A DNA stretch of 64,000 bases from a virus. Location: IMG/VR virus record IMGVR_UViG_3300028800_001035, positions 8,464 through 72,463 of that record; one strand, written 5' to 3'. Made by a program: the position numbers and the translations under genes. This document shows, piece after piece, positions 63,448 through 64,000 of the stretch (position 1 is its first letter; each line of letters starts with the position of its first letter). Below the pieces are notes generated by a model. It saw only the letters and a list, made by a program, of their open reading frames with translations. It did not search any database and was not told where the DNA came from.

Positions 63448-63999
63448 CTAGGTTTGACCGGCGATGCCGGGTTCTTTCGGCGGCGCGCGAAGCGGATTCC
63501 AGAGGATCAAATTGCCCTCGGCGTCGTAGCGTTTGGCGACGTCGCCGTTGACGGAAATTTTGTAAAGGGCAACTTGCGCCCGGTGCCGCGCCGCGAGGAG
63601 GTTGCCCGCCGTCGCCGGCATTCCGACCATATAGACGGATTTTACCCATTCGTCGAAGGCGATCCCGCCCTCCGCGAAGAGGATGACGTCGGTCGCGTAC
63701 TCGAGGTCGACCCTCCGGCGAAACTGCGATCTCCGCTTCGTCCGACCCTCGGCGATTTCCTGCAGGCGAAGGCCGAAGAACTCCGCCGCCGCGTAGAGGC
63801 GATTGAACGCGGCGCGCTTCTCCCGGGACCAGAAGCTAACGTCGACGCGCCCAGTAACGAAGATCGTCGACGAGGGCGGCGTTAGATCGGGGCCGTCAAT
63901 CGGCTCCCACGGGAGGGGTTCCCCGAGGAAAAGCTCAGGGGGTCGTCCGGGACGTTCGTGTCCGGGAGATGCGGGGCGAGGGAGATTTGATCCAACCAT
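63448..63999 (-). CDS. hypothetical protein (may be truncated by the window edge)
   Basis: Open frame runs to the window end. Confidence 0.45.
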   Translation of the reverse strand: MVGSNLPRPASPGHERPGRPPELFLGEPLPWEPIDGPDLTPPSSTIFVTGRVDVSFWSREKRAAFNRLYAAAEFFGLRLQEIAEGRTKRRSQFRRRVDLEYATDVILFAEGGIAFDEWVKSVYMVGMPATAGNLLAARHRAQVALYKISVNGDVAKRYDAEGNLILWNPLRAPPKEPGIAGQT

Positions 64000-64000
64000 T

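Noticed and set aside
1-64000. CRISPR array, tRNA, integrase, IS element, intron or intein
   Set aside because: No regularly spaced repeats, cloverleaf, recombinase/transposase motifs or interrupted genes were evident by eye.

Overview
The window is most of the genome of a GC-rich, tailed dsDNA phage with a contractile tail. The host is probably an alphaproteobacterium, inferred from a CtrA-like DNA-binding gene. There are two convergent arms meeting at a bidirectional terminator at about 27.2 kb. The + strand arm (1-27.1 kb) holds the virion and lysis genes: a Nudix-fused head protease/scaffold, capsid, neck, sheath, tube, chaperone with a candidate -1 frameshift, tape measure, baseplate, tail fibre, endolysin, a block of signal-peptide-bearing fibre-like proteins, then holin and spanins. 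The - strand arm (27.2-64 kb) holds early, replication and regulatory genes: family A DNA polymerase, primase, three helicases, exonuclease, resolvase, clamp-like protein, SSB-like protein and many small ORFs. Terminase, portal and integrase are not in the window. The most notable element is a translationally coupled operon just upstream of the polymerase (40.7-43.6 kb). It encodes an asparagine-synthetase-like ATP-dependent amide ligase, a small CxxC protein, a C5-cytosine DNA methyltransferase with Arg in place of the motif-X Asn, and a CmoA (carboxy-SAM synthase) homolog. Together these suggest a cytosine carboxymethylation and hypermodification pathway. Other highlights: a highly structured ~160-nt intergenic RNA candidate (46.5-46.7 kb), fibre-like proteins with Sec signal peptides, one small domain inserted in four virion proteins, a rearranged GHKL ATPase, receiver-less CtrA/OmpR-type regulators, and repeated promoter and leader motifs. 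All calls come from motif reading by eye; no database searches were run.
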